Shown: positions 9,277 through 18,201, numbered from the stretch's first letter. The stretch is 64,000 bases of DNA from Candidatus Levyibacteriota bacterium (GCA_016432345.1 CP066685.1:304236-368235); one strand, 5' to 3'. A program made the numbers and translations. Notes: generated by a model from the letters alone, not told the origin.

Positions 9277-11013
9277 ATGGTAGATTTTCAGTGGTTAATT
9301 GGTGGCGAAGCAGGATATGGCATTATGACTGTTGGCGCCATAATGGGAAAAGTATTTACTCGTCTCGGCTTGTCGGTTTTTGACTATACAGAATATCCTT
9401 CTCTTATTCGTGGAGGTCATAACGCGTATTATGTTAGGGCATCAGATGAAGAGATTTTTTGCCAGAAGCAGCCAGTTGATATACTCGTTGCATTAAATCG
9501 GGAAACAATTGATAGACACAAACACGAATTAACTCCGCAAGCGCTTGTAGTTTATGACCCGAATGTTACTAAGGTTGAGTCTACAGAATTTACTACACAA
9601 ACTCTTATTCTAATTCCTTTTTTAGAATTAACAAAGCAAGTTGGGGCAGATAGACTGATGATTAATACTGTGGCGGTTGGCGCATCGATTGCTCTTTTAT
9701 ACAATGATTTCTCTGTTTTAGAGGGAATACTCAAAGATATTTTTGGAAGAAAAGGTGAAAAAGTTATTGCGCTTAACGTTGATACCTCAAGAGCTGGGTT
9801 TGATTATGTTGTCAAAAATTTTGCCGGTAAATCACAAATTGCAATACAAGAAAAACCGCAGGAGAATTTGTTTATCGGCGGAGCTGAAAGTTTGGCTCTT
9901 GGGGCAATTCGGGCGGGGGTAAAGTTTGCAGCCATTTACCCGATGACACCTATTAATGCCGTCCTTACGACGCTTTCTGCATACGCACTTAAATATAACA
10001 TTGTGGTAAAAGAGCCGGAAGATGAAATTGCCGGAGTTAATATGGCAATTGGCGCCTCTTTTGCTGGAGTGAGAAGTATTGCTGCCACATCTGGCGGCGG
10101 TTTTGCTTTAATGGTAGAAGGTTTAGGTCTTGCAGCCCAAACCGAAACACCGCTTGTAGTAATTGAAGGTATGCGACCAGGGCCAGCAACAGGTATGCCA
10201 ACTTGGACAGATCAGGGTGATGTGAGGTTTGTTTTGCATGCGGCGCATGGAGATTTTCCTCGAATTGTTGTTGCTCCGGGCGATTGTCTGGAGGCATTTA
10301 CATATGTAATGGAAGCATTTAATTTAGCAGAAAAGTATCAAATGCTTGTTATTGTGCTTACAGATAAATATCTTAATGAAGGACACACCACACTCAAAAT
10401 CTCAAATCTCAAATCTCAAATCTCAAATTATAAAATTGACAGGGGGAAGATGCTGACCGATGAAGAAGCATTAAAAGAGACAGATTATAAACGATATCTG
10501 TTTACAGAAGATGGAATTTCACCACGTTCAATACCTGGCCAGCAGAATGGAATTGCCTTAAATGGATCCGATGAACATGATGAGAAGGGTTTGTATAACG
10601 AAACTTCAAAAATGCGAACAACAATGATGGACAAACGTTTTAAAAAATTAGACGCGGTTGCAAAAATATTGCCGCCGCCTGTAATATACGGCGACAAAGA
10701 TGCAAGTCTTACTATTGTTGGATTTGGATCGACAAAATTGCCGGTACTCGAGGCAATAAAGTGGTTAAAAAAAGAAGGAATAAGTGTTAATTTTTTGCAG
10801 GTTGTATATCTAAATCCCTTTCCGGCAGATGTGGTACTACAAATATTAACTGGTGCAAAAAAAACATTGGTTATCGAAGGTAATAAAACAGGCCAATTCG
10901 AAAGTGTTGTTCGGGAAAAGACAGGATTTGTATTTAGTAATCATTTTCGAAAATATGACGGCCGACCATTTTACCCGGAGGAAATAGTGGAGAAGGTGCG
11001 GTCATTACTATGA
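9277..11013 (+). CDS. 2-oxoacid:ferredoxin oxidoreductase, fused gamma/alpha subunit
   Basis: ORF 9235..11013. The likely start is ATG 9277, just after the ferredoxin stop. Blocks GGEAGYGIMT, AAIYPMTPI, GASFAGVRSIAATSGGGFALM and EGMRPGPATGMPT. Confidence 0.88.
   Translation: MVDFQWLIGGEAGYGIMTVGAIMGKVFTRLGLSVFDYTEYPSLIRGGHNAYYVRASDEEIFCQKQPVDILVALNRETIDRHKHELTPQALVVYDPNVTKVESTEFTTQTLILIPFLELTKQVGADRLMINTVAVGASIALLYNDFSVLEGILKDIFGRKGEKVIALNVDTSRAGFDYVVKNFAGKSQIAIQEKPQENLFIGGAESLALGAIRAGVKFAAIYPMTPINAVLTTLSAYALKYNIVVKEPEDEIAGVNMAIGASFAGVRSIAATSGGGFALMVEGLGLAAQTETPLVVIEGMRPGPATGMPTWTDQGDVRFVLHAAHGDFPRIVVAPGDCLEAFTYVMEAFNLAEKYQMLVIVLTDKYLNEGHTTLKISNLKSQISNYKIDRGKMLTDEEALKETDYKRYLFTEDGISPRSIPGQQNGIALNGSDEHDEKGLYNETSKMRTTMMDKRFKKLDAVAKILPPPVIYGDKDASLTIVGFGSTKLPVLEAIKWLKKEGISVNFLQVVYLNPFPADVVLQILTGAKKTLVIEGNKTGQFESVVREKTGFVFSNHFRKYDGRPFYPEEIVEKVRSLL
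10392..10434 (+). repeat. Heptanucleotide array (TCTCAAA) x4 perfect (10400-10427) with degenerate flanking units, inside the oxidoreductase alpha gene
   Basis: Read directly: actcaaaa tctcaaa x4 ttataaa. It encodes KISNLKSQISNYK. Confidence 0.95.
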
Positions 11014-11900
11014 CAACGTTAAAAGATTTAGAAATTACTTATGACAAACCAAACTGGTGCCCAGGGTGCGGAGATTTTGGCGTTTGGGTGTCGTTAAAGA
11101 ATGCAATTGTGCAGTTAAATTTAAATCCATGGGAAGTTGTGTTAGTTTCTGGGATTGGATGCTCAAGCAAACTACCTTATTGGGTAAAAACATATGGATT
11201 TAACGGCCTACATGGCCGTCCAATGCCTGCGGCAGAGGCAATTAGATTAGCAAACCATGGATTAACAGTTATTGTTGTTGCCGGAGATGGGGATCAATAT
11301 GGGGAAGGGCTTAGTCATTTTATTCATGCTGCAAGACGCAACATAAACATCACCGTTCTAGTACATAACAATCAAATTTATGGGTTAACAACCGGTCAGT
11401 ATTCGCCGGCAACCGATATGGGAGAAAAAAATAAGGCAACACCTGTCCCAACTGTTGAAGCACCGGTCAATCCAATAAGTTTAGCGTTATCAGCTGGTGC
11501 CACATTTATTGCCCGCGGATTTGCCGGAGACAACAAGCAAGAAACAGAATTATTAATTGAAGCAATTAAGCATAAAGGGTTTTCATTTGTTGACACTATG
11601 CAGCCATGTGTAACGTTTAACCACAAAAATACCTTTGCTTGGTTTTACGAGCGAGTCTATAAAGTAGAAACAAAAAATCATGACCCTAAGGATAAGACAG
11701 AAGCATTTGAAATAGCCGAAAGTTGGCCCCTTCGCAGGCTTCTTAAAGAGGGTGAGAAGGAGCAGATAGCTACAGGAATTATTTATCAGGAAGAAAGGCC
11801 TACATGGGAAGATGGTATCCCCCAAATCTCCACAATGCGGTTGGTTAAGCAGTCAATAGAAAACATAGACATTAACTCAATTTTAGATGAGTTAATATAG
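11010..11900 (+). CDS. 2-oxoacid:ferredoxin oxidoreductase, beta (TPP-binding) subunit
   Basis: WCPGCGDFG and GDGD...GLSHF TPP-binding blocks. ATGA overlap with the alpha subunit. Confidence 0.9.
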   Translation: MTTLKDLEITYDKPNWCPGCGDFGVWVSLKNAIVQLNLNPWEVVLVSGIGCSSKLPYWVKTYGFNGLHGRPMPAAEAIRLANHGLTVIVVAGDGDQYGEGLSHFIHAARRNINITVLVHNNQIYGLTTGQYSPATDMGEKNKATPVPTVEAPVNPISLALSAGATFIARGFAGDNKQETELLIEAIKHKGFSFVDTMQPCVTFNHKNTFAWFYERVYKVETKNHDPKDKTEAFEIAESWPLRRLLKEGEKEQIATGIIYQEERPTWEDGIPQISTMRLVKQSIENIDINSILDELI

Positions 11901-11917
11901 TATCAAATTATTAGTTA

Positions 11918-11952
11918 TTGACATGTTTAGTAACATTTAGTACAATTTAGTC
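11918..11952 (+). promoter_or_regulatory. Sigma70-like promoter TTGACA-17-TACAAT ending 6 nt before the ATG (leaderless type), overlapped by three 10-bp-spaced TTTAGT(A/C) direct repeats
   Basis: TTGACA at 11918-11923, TACAAT at 11941-11946, ATG at 11953. TTTAGTA at 11926 and 11936, TTTAGTC at 11946. Confidence 0.55.
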
Positions 11953-12219
11953 ATGAATGGTAACATAATTTCTGCTAAGGTTTATACACCAGAGCAAGTA
12001 GCAACGATGCTTCAGCTTTCTAAAAATACGGTATATCAACTTATTAATCGGGGTGAGATTATCGCCAAAAAGATTGGTAAGGTCTATCGTATTCCTGCAA
12101 GTTCTCTGTCCTTTGTCTTTACAGGACTCGATTACGATCTCTACAAGGCAGAAAAAGAAGACCGAAAGCAGTTATCTAAAGTCCAAGAAGAGATTGCAAA
12201 AGTACGAGCTACTCTGTAA
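11953..12219 (+). CDS. Excisionase/MerR-type HTH DNA-binding protein, probable antitoxin
   Basis: MLQLSKNTVYQLINRGEIIAKKIGKVYRIPASSL matches the excisionase-family HTH pattern. It lies 4 nt upstream of a PIN gene. Confidence 0.7.
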   Translation: MNGNIISAKVYTPEQVATMLQLSKNTVYQLINRGEIIAKKIGKVYRIPASSLSFVFTGLDYDLYKAEKEDRKQLSKVQEEIAKVRATL

Positions 12220-12223
12220 CTTT

Positions 12224-12649
12224 ATGGCTCTGAAAGTTTTTGTCGATACAGATGTTGTAATTTCTTCTCTTATTTCGCCAACTGGCGCAGCACATTTTTT
12301 ACTCAACCAAACAGACGACTTTGATTTGTTTGTTTCAAATATATCTGCAAAAGAAATCGACAAAGTTGTAAAACGGCTGCATCTTGATATAGAAAAAGCA
12401 AAAAATCTTATACAGAAACGTTTTTTTACTGTTCAATTAAAAGAAACGATTGAAGATATAAAATTAGTTTTCGATGAATATGTATTAGATATTAATGATG
12501 CGCATATTGTAGCGGGCGCAAAAACTGCGCATGCGCAATTTCTTATTTCTTACAATACAAAACACTTTAAGGCAGATAAATTAAAAAAAGATTTTAATAT
12601 TATTCTTGCCACTCCGGCAAGCTTTCTACAATATTTAAGAAGCCATTAA
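12224..12649 (+). CDS. PIN-domain ribonuclease, probable type II toxin
   Basis: ORF 12053..12649, with the real start likely ATG 12224. KVFVDTDVVISSLISPTGAAHFLL has the acidic PIN N-terminal signature, and a later D is present at DINDAHIV. Confidence 0.75.
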   Translation: MALKVFVDTDVVISSLISPTGAAHFLLNQTDDFDLFVSNISAKEIDKVVKRLHLDIEKAKNLIQKRFFTVQLKETIEDIKLVFDEYVLDINDAHIVAGAKTAHAQFLISYNTKHFKADKLKKDFNIILATPASFLQYLRSH

Positions 12650-13780
12650 GCTCTCTTTTAAGATTTCCTTATATACCTTTTTATACTCATCTACCATTTT
12701 TTCTACAGTAAAGTTTTCTTCAACATGTTTGCGGCACAAACGGCGCATTTGTAGATATTCATTTTTAGGCATTGCATATATTCGGTTAACTGCCTCGCGC
12801 AAACCGTTAATACCTGTTTTTTTAATAATCCAGTTTCCTCTTATATCATCATCTGACGGATTCACAATAAAGCCAGTTTCTCCATCTTTTATGATTTCAG
12901 GTATTGATCCTCGTCCATACGCAATAACAGGAGTTCCACATGCCATAGATTCAGTCATAACTAGTCCAAAAGGTTCTTCCCATTGAACAGGGAAAAGGAA
13001 AAGCTTACTTGTTTGAAAGTGTTTAATGAGCTCATGGCGATTTTTATTTAAAGCAATAGAAATTGAAGTGGAAAGGTTAACCTGATCAATTTTTTGCAAA
13101 ATATCATTAAACCACAGTTTATGCTCGCTTTTTGTAATTCCAAAAAGTTTGAGGTTTTGTTTTGTCAGCCTTGCTATCTCTATGACAATATCCATTCCTT
13201 TTTGAGGAATTGCCCGTCCTGCCCACATCATGTTTGTACCTCCTTGGGGATTAAAGATAAAACTATGGTAAGCATCGATTCCATGATAGATAGTAGCAAT
13301 ATAGGGTAGGTATGGTAAGCGTTTTCTTTGTATGTTAGTTGGAGAAACAAAGTAGACGTTTTTGTTCTCTTCGAAGAGAGAGAAATATTTTTTTGCATAC
13401 TGGATATCTGTGGGGTGATATAAAGTAATCAGAATAGGTTTTTTTACAAAAGGGGCAAAAGGTAGGGCAATGTCGCCATCACCTATATTAATATGATAAA
13501 GATCAAACTTATCTTGTTGCGAGAAGGCTTTGGAAAGAAGTGCTAATTCAAAGATAATGTGCTTACCGGCTTTAATAATATGCTCATTAGCAGTAGAGGG
13601 ATAATAATCAATACTCTCGATTTTTGTAGGTAGGTCAGAATCTCCGGAAGCAAAAGTCGTGATTTGAAGACTTTTTTGTTTTACCAAGCTATTAATAAAG
13701 GTATGAACAATAATTTCTGTCCCTTTTTTTGTAGTCTTTTTAAGACTAAGATAATTTGAAGCAATAATTGCGACTTTCAT
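12635..13780 (-). CDS. GT4 (GT-B fold) glycosyltransferase
   Basis: C-terminal motif EEPFGLVMTESMACGTPVIAYGRGSIPEIIKDGETGFIV (EX7E type). Confidence 0.85.
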   Translation of the reverse strand: MKVAIIASNYLSLKKTTKKGTEIIVHTFINSLVKQKSLQITTFASGDSDLPTKIESIDYYPSTANEHIIKAGKHIIFELALLSKAFSQQDKFDLYHINIGDGDIALPFAPFVKKPILITLYHPTDIQYAKKYFSLFEENKNVYFVSPTNIQRKRLPYLPYIATIYHGIDAYHSFIFNPQGGTNMMWAGRAIPQKGMDIVIEIARLTKQNLKLFGITKSEHKLWFNDILQKIDQVNLSTSISIALNKNRHELIKHFQTSKLFLFPVQWEEPFGLVMTESMACGTPVIAYGRGSIPEIIKDGETGFIVNPSDDDIRGNWIIKKTGINGLREAVNRIYAMPKNEYLQMRRLCRKHVEENFTVEKMVDEYKKVYKEILKESLMAS

Positions 13781-13789
13781 AAACTTTTG

Positions 13790-16018
13790 TCATGCTAGAC
13801 TGGATAATGTTTTTAGAAACTCTGCTGACCAGCGGTAGATATTATGAATTTTAACCACCTCTCTCATTTTAATCATTCGTATTGTTTGTTCTGATTCTTT
13901 CATCTCCAGTCCTAATTGTATAGCATCGGCAACCTGCTCTATATTATAGGGATTAATAATTAAAGCATCTTTTAGTTCGCGCGAAGCTCCAGCAAATTGA
14001 CTTAAAATTAATACTCCTTTCTCATCGCTTCTTGAAGCAACGAACTCTTTTGATACAAGGTTCATGCCGTCATGGAGAGAAGTGACTAAGCATATATTTG
14101 CTATTTTGTAAAATTCATTGATTTCTTTGTGCGTATAGCGTTTTTTAAGAAAAATTATTGGTTTCCATCCTTTCGTTTGAAACATGGCATTAATTTTTTC
14201 TACTTCTGTTTTGACGTCGTTTTCAAAATCTTGGTACCTTTTTATTTTGCTTCGCGAGGGAGGCGAGACCTGAATAAATGTAAAATGCTCTTTGTATGAG
14301 GGATATTTATTTAAGAAAAACGCAATTGCCTTAAACCGCTCTATGATTCCTTTTGTATAATCGAGTCTGTCAACGCCAAGCCCAATATATTTTGTTTTTA
14401 TGTCAAATGTTTTTAGTATATTGTTGCTATCCAGCTCGCCTGATTTGTCATTTGGTTCGGAGAGATATCCATTATAAAATGCTATACTTATGGGGAATGG
14501 TTTTATATAGCTTGTATGTCCATTTCTAGTTACGGCAAATTGTTCTAAATCAATCAGGGATTCTAATTCTCCTCCAACCGTATCAATAAAATTATTGCAA
14601 TACAGTTGCGTTTGAAAGCCAACTAAGTCTGCGCCTAAAATGCCGTTTAATAGTTCTTTACGGAATGGACAAATACGAAAAGATTCGGAATTTGGCCATG
14701 GGACATGCCAAAATATGCCAATTTTCGCATCAGGCCTCTGTTTTTTTATCAGTGTTGGAAGAAGCGCTAAGTGAAAATCTTGAATAAGCAGCATTGGATT
14801 TTTAATATTTTTAATTTCCTGTAGCACCGCTTTTGCAAATTTTTCATTTGCTGATTTGTATTCTAACCAATCTTCTTTTCTAAAGATTGGTCTTGTATGG
14901 GCAATATGGCAAAGCGGCCAAAGGCCTTCGTTGGAAAATCCATAATAATATCCTTTTTCTTCTTCTTCAGACAGCCAAACTCTGCGTAATGTATATTTTG
15001 GTTCATGGGGCGGGACTTTTACTCGATCATGATTGTCTACAACAAGCTTGTCAGCATTGCCGCTTCCATGGGCGATCCATGTGCCACCACATGCCTGCAT
15101 TACTGGTTCGATTGCTGTTACTACGCCACTTGTCGGGAAAAAATAACTTATGTCTCCCCCATTTTTTGTATGTATATATGGTTCTCTGTTAGATACGACG
15201 AGTATTGCTTGGTCTTTTAAAACATTTTTAATAAATTCCTTTAAACGTTCTGCTGTCCAAGGGGCATTAACCTTATCAAGTCCCAACTTTGCTTCCTCGC
15301 TTACGGCAAATCTTGCTTCCATCAGACTTCTATTAATGTTTGAAATTTCTCTAACGAGTGGTTGAAAAAAAGGGTTATTTGGTATCTGTTTAGACTTATC
15401 TCCTATACGAGTTGATTTTAATGATTCCACAATATTTTGTATGGGCTTATGAATAACCCATCGTAAAAATAAAATTGCTGCTATTGACAGAAGAAAAACC
15501 TGTATCGATAAACGCATTAAACTATTTCTCCATATTTCCTGTATGCGCGTATCAATATATCCAGCGTTTTGCGCTACCATCAAAGCTCCTACTACGCTTG
15601 TTTTGTCATGAAGAGGAACAGCAAAAATATATATGTTGCTGTCGTTAAGCGTAACGAAATCTCCGTTTGCCTTATCTCCATCCATTGCGTCAGATACAAT
15701 TTGTTGAGGTTCTAATGTTTCTTTAGATAAGCTTGAAGAAACAGCAATAATTTTACCCTTGTTGTCGAATATCGATAATCCAACGAGCCTTTCTTTATTG
15801 GCAAATTTTTCGACGACCGTTTGAAGATATTCATCTGATTTGTTAATAAAATTTGGCTCGACTGTTTCTCTTAAACTTTCTGCAAGGAGTGTTGATCTAT
15901 GTTGCAGGTCAATACTTAGTCTTTTTTCTTCTTGATCAACCTGTTTTATACTAAAGGAAATAACAACAAGTCCAACAATTGCCGCTATTAAAAAAACTAT
16001 TATTATAATTTGTCTCAT
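13790..16018 (-). CDS. otsA: Trehalose-6-phosphate synthase (GT20, OtsA) with an N-terminal TM / extracytoplasmic / TM / HAMP-like sensor module
   Basis: The C-terminal ~490 aa carry OtsA blocks: FSNEGLWPLCHIAHTRP, IQDFHLALLP, IGIFWHVPWPNSE, GADLVGFQT and LHDGMNLVSKEF. The N-terminal ~250 aa have two hydrophobic helices (aa 4-22 and 170-189) flanking a ~145-aa segment, then an amphipathic linker. Confidence 0.85.
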   Translation of the reverse strand: MRQIIIIVFLIAAIVGLVVISFSIKQVDQEEKRLSIDLQHRSTLLAESLRETVEPNFINKSDEYLQTVVEKFANKERLVGLSIFDNKGKIIAVSSSLSKETLEPQQIVSDAMDGDKANGDFVTLNDSNIYIFAVPLHDKTSVVGALMVAQNAGYIDTRIQEIWRNSLMRLSIQVFLLSIAAILFLRWVIHKPIQNIVESLKSTRIGDKSKQIPNNPFFQPLVREISNINRSLMEARFAVSEEAKLGLDKVNAPWTAERLKEFIKNVLKDQAILVVSNREPYIHTKNGGDISYFFPTSGVVTAIEPVMQACGGTWIAHGSGNADKLVVDNHDRVKVPPHEPKYTLRRVWLSEEEEKGYYYGFSNEGLWPLCHIAHTRPIFRKEDWLEYKSANEKFAKAVLQEIKNIKNPMLLIQDFHLALLPTLIKKQRPDAKIGIFWHVPWPNSESFRICPFRKELLNGILGADLVGFQTQLYCNNFIDTVGGELESLIDLEQFAVTRNGHTSYIKPFPISIAFYNGYLSEPNDKSGELDSNNILKTFDIKTKYIGLGVDRLDYTKGIIERFKAIAFFLNKYPSYKEHFTFIQVSPPSRSKIKRYQDFENDVKTEVEKINAMFQTKGWKPIIFLKKRYTHKEINEFYKIANICLVTSLHDGMNLVSKEFVASRSDEKGVLILSQFAGASRELKDALIINPYNIEQVADAIQLGLEMKESEQTIRMIKMREVVKIHNIYRWSAEFLKTLSSLA

Positions 16019-16035
16019 TAGTTACTCTATTTTAA

Positions 16036-16074
16036 CACACAAAAACCCCCGAGGTAAACCTTTTGGGGGTTTTG
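16036..16074 (-). terminator. Rho-independent-type hairpin (CCCCC/GGGGG stem extended by A/T pairs, then a T-run) downstream of the DUF5679 gene
   Basis: aaaaccccc-gaggtaaacctttt-gggggtttt read directly. On the minus strand the stem is followed by TTTTTGTGT. Confidence 0.5.
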
Positions 16075-16094
16075 TTTTGATAGACAAAAGCTTT

Positions 16095-16238
16095 TTATGC
16101 TGCGCCGATCTTGTACATGCCAGTGCCACAAGTTGGGCATTTGCCTTTCATTGCTGGTTTACCATTTTTCATGGTAACTTTAACAGCTGCTGGATCTTCT
16201 CTTTTTGCTCTGCATTTTACACAATACATTGATGCCAT
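16095..16238 (-). CDS. Small zinc-ribbon protein (DUF5679-like), 47 aa; absent from the supplied ORF track because it is under 60 aa
   Basis: Manual translation gives MASMYCVKCRAKREDPAAVKVTMKNGKPAMKGKCPTCGTGMYKIGAA, with CxxC...CxxC. A strong SD (GGAGGGAGGTG) lies 9 nt upstream of the ATG. Confidence 0.8.
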   Translation of the reverse strand: MASMYCVKCRAKREDPAAVKVTMKNGKPAMKGKCPTCGTGMYKIGAA

Positions 16239-16259
16239 AATATAATTCACCTCCCTCCA

Positions 16260-16493
16260 TCAATAAGTTATAAAAGGAATTTTTACTACTTGGTTTTTTA
16301 CCATGTATGAAAGGATCAGCTCTCCTATAATAATCCCTCCTGTGAGGAAACAGGTTTTTATGATATCGCGCATAAGATAAGAGTAAATATGCGTTGGAGA
16401 ATAAGACTGGATAGAATAAGAGGCTTGCAATTGCAGCTTTTTATGATGATCAGCGATAATTTTTTCTTTACGGGTTGGTCTTGCCTTAGCCAT
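16260..16493 (-). CDS. Hypothetical small protein with one C-terminal TM helix
   Basis: ORF of 77 aa. Its stop sits directly before the SD of the DUF5679 gene. I recognise no family. Confidence 0.4.
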   Translation of the reverse strand: MAKARPTRKEKIIADHHKKLQLQASYSIQSYSPTHIYSYLMRDIIKTCFLTGGIIIGELILSYMVKNQVVKIPFITY

Positions 16494-16515
16494 AGAATAC
16501 GGAAAGATTACACTA

Positions 16516-16545
16516 TTGACATGGAGGCTGTCAAGAGGCTAATAT
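16516..16545 (+). promoter_or_regulatory. Sigma70-like promoter TTGACA-18-TAATAT, 9 nt before ATG 16555
   Basis: TTGACA at 16516-16521, TAATAT at 16540-16545. Confidence 0.45.
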
Positions 16546-16554
16546 AAATAAAAC

Positions 16555-17022
16555 ATGGTATTTAATCTTCAACTCTTGGGTTTAATTATCACAATAATTT
16601 GGTTAGGTATACTTACAACATTATTTTGGCAATTTTCTTCTCATTACAATAATTTAACTCGCGGTATTAGCACGAAGACTCTTAAATCAATTTTGGATCA
16701 TATTCTGGTTCAACTTGAGGAAGCAGAGAAAAACATGTCTCTTTTGAAGATAAAATGTGATAAACTAGAAAAGGAAGGGTTATTTCATATTCAAAAAATC
16801 GGTCTATTGCGTTTTAATCCTTTTAAAGATACGGGTGGGGACCAAAGTTTTATTTTATCACTTGTTGATGCGAATAATACAGGAGTTATAATTACTGGTT
16901 TATATTCAAGATCAGGTACGAGATGGTATGCAAAACGAGTGATCAATGGCAAGGGAATGGAACATGAATTATCGGATGAAGAGAAAAAGGTTATAAAGGA
17001 AGCAAGGAGTACTAATGCATAA
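16555..17022 (+). CDS. DUF4446 family protein
   Basis: LLRFNPFKDTGGDQSFILSLVDANNTGVIITGLYSRSGTRWYAK matches the DUF4446 core as I recall it. It has an N-terminal TM helix. Confidence 0.7.
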   Translation: MVFNLQLLGLIITIIWLGILTTLFWQFSSHYNNLTRGISTKTLKSILDHILVQLEEAEKNMSLLKIKCDKLEKEGLFHIQKIGLLRFNPFKDTGGDQSFILSLVDANNTGVIITGLYSRSGTRWYAKRVINGKGMEHELSDEEKKVIKEARSTNA

Positions 17023-18172
17023 GAAAAAAATACAAATGATTGTAATTGCGGCGCTAGCATATTTATTGTCGGCAGAAGCATCGTACGCAATTTTTTCGCG
17101 TGTTTCTCCGCAAAAACAAGTAATTGTGCAGCCTGTGCCAAAAACAACTAACGGAAGTATCACATTTGATGATGCGCTTCCTAAAACAGAGGAATGTCCT
17201 ATGAACGGACAAAAATATTCAGAAAAGCAAAGAGAGTGGTGGGAAAAACACAGACCCCTTACTGTGATGATTGAAAATCACGAGAATTCCCGGCCGCAAT
17301 CAGGGCTTACTTTTGCAGATATTGTATACGAAGCAGTAGCAGAGGGCGGTATTACTCGCTTTATGGCAGTATATTATTGTCAGGACGCAAATCCAATCGG
17401 GCCTGTAAGGTCGGCTCGAACATACTTTATTGATTTTGCATCGGAGTATGGAGAATCACCGCTTTATGCACATGTAGGCGGAGCAAATACACCAGGTCCT
17501 GCCGATGCACTTTCTCAACTTACAACTTATGAGTGGACTGGCTATAACGATTTAAATCAGTTTTCAATAGGTTTTCCAACATTCTGGCGAGACTATGACA
17601 GGTTAGGTTATACAACGGAAACAGAACATACGATGTATTCAACAACTACAAAACTTTGGGATTTTGCTAAGAAACAGCGAGGATTAAGTAATGTTGATAA
17701 AGAAGGAGAGTCTTGGGACAAAAAGTTTATTAAGTATTTGTTTAAGGATGATAAAGCGTCTGCAGTAAATCAAACAATCCATCTCGAGTTTTGGGATAAT
17801 TATTCGGCTTACTTTGCTGATTGGACTTATGATAAACAGTCAAATAGTTATAAGAGAAGTAACGGTGGAAAATCACATATAGATAATAATACAAAAAAAC
17901 AGTTGACAACAAAAAATATTGTTGTATTATTCATGCAGGAAAGCAATGCAAATGATGGCTACGAGGACAACTTGCATCTTCTTTACAAGACTAAAGGGAC
18001 AGGGAAAGCGCAAATATATATGGATGGAAAAGAAATAAAAGGGACTTGGCGAAAGGATAGTAGAACAGGAAGAACACTAATTTTTGACAGTTCTGGAGAT
18101 GCGATAAAGTTTAATAGAGGAAAAATTTGGTTCGAAATCCTGCCCACAACTGGAGTAATAACGGTAAAATAA
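17015..18172 (+). CDS. DUF3048 domain-containing secreted/lipid-anchored protein
   Basis: RPQSGLTFADIVYEAVAEGGITRFMAVY matches the DUF3048 signature as I recall it. It has an N-terminal signal/TM segment. Confidence 0.7.
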   Translation: MHKKKIQMIVIAALAYLLSAEASYAIFSRVSPQKQVIVQPVPKTTNGSITFDDALPKTEECPMNGQKYSEKQREWWEKHRPLTVMIENHENSRPQSGLTFADIVYEAVAEGGITRFMAVYYCQDANPIGPVRSARTYFIDFASEYGESPLYAHVGGANTPGPADALSQLTTYEWTGYNDLNQFSIGFPTFWRDYDRLGYTTETEHTMYSTTTKLWDFAKKQRGLSNVDKEGESWDKKFIKYLFKDDKASAVNQTIHLEFWDNYSAYFADWTYDKQSNSYKRSNGGKSHIDNNTKKQLTTKNIVVLFMQESNANDGYEDNLHLLYKTKGTGKAQIYMDGKEIKGTWRKDSRTGRTLIFDSSGDAIKFNRGKIWFEILPTTGVITVK

Positions 18173-18201
18173 GGAGGGACTCCCCGTATAACGGGGCAGG
18201 T

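Noticed and set aside
12053-12223. Long N-terminal extensions offered by the ORF track (12053, 9235, 18127, 35810, 46674, 1010, 21545, 33902 and others)
   Set aside because: The extensions overlap the preceding genes in another frame and have no family similarity. Each contains an internal ATG placed right after the upstream stop, or after an SD or promoter, where the conserved domain begins.
18126-18142. A T-arm-like GGTTCGAAATCC string as part of an unannotated tRNA
   Set aside because: It lies inside the DUF3048 coding frame. No acceptor, D or anticodon stems can be drawn around it.
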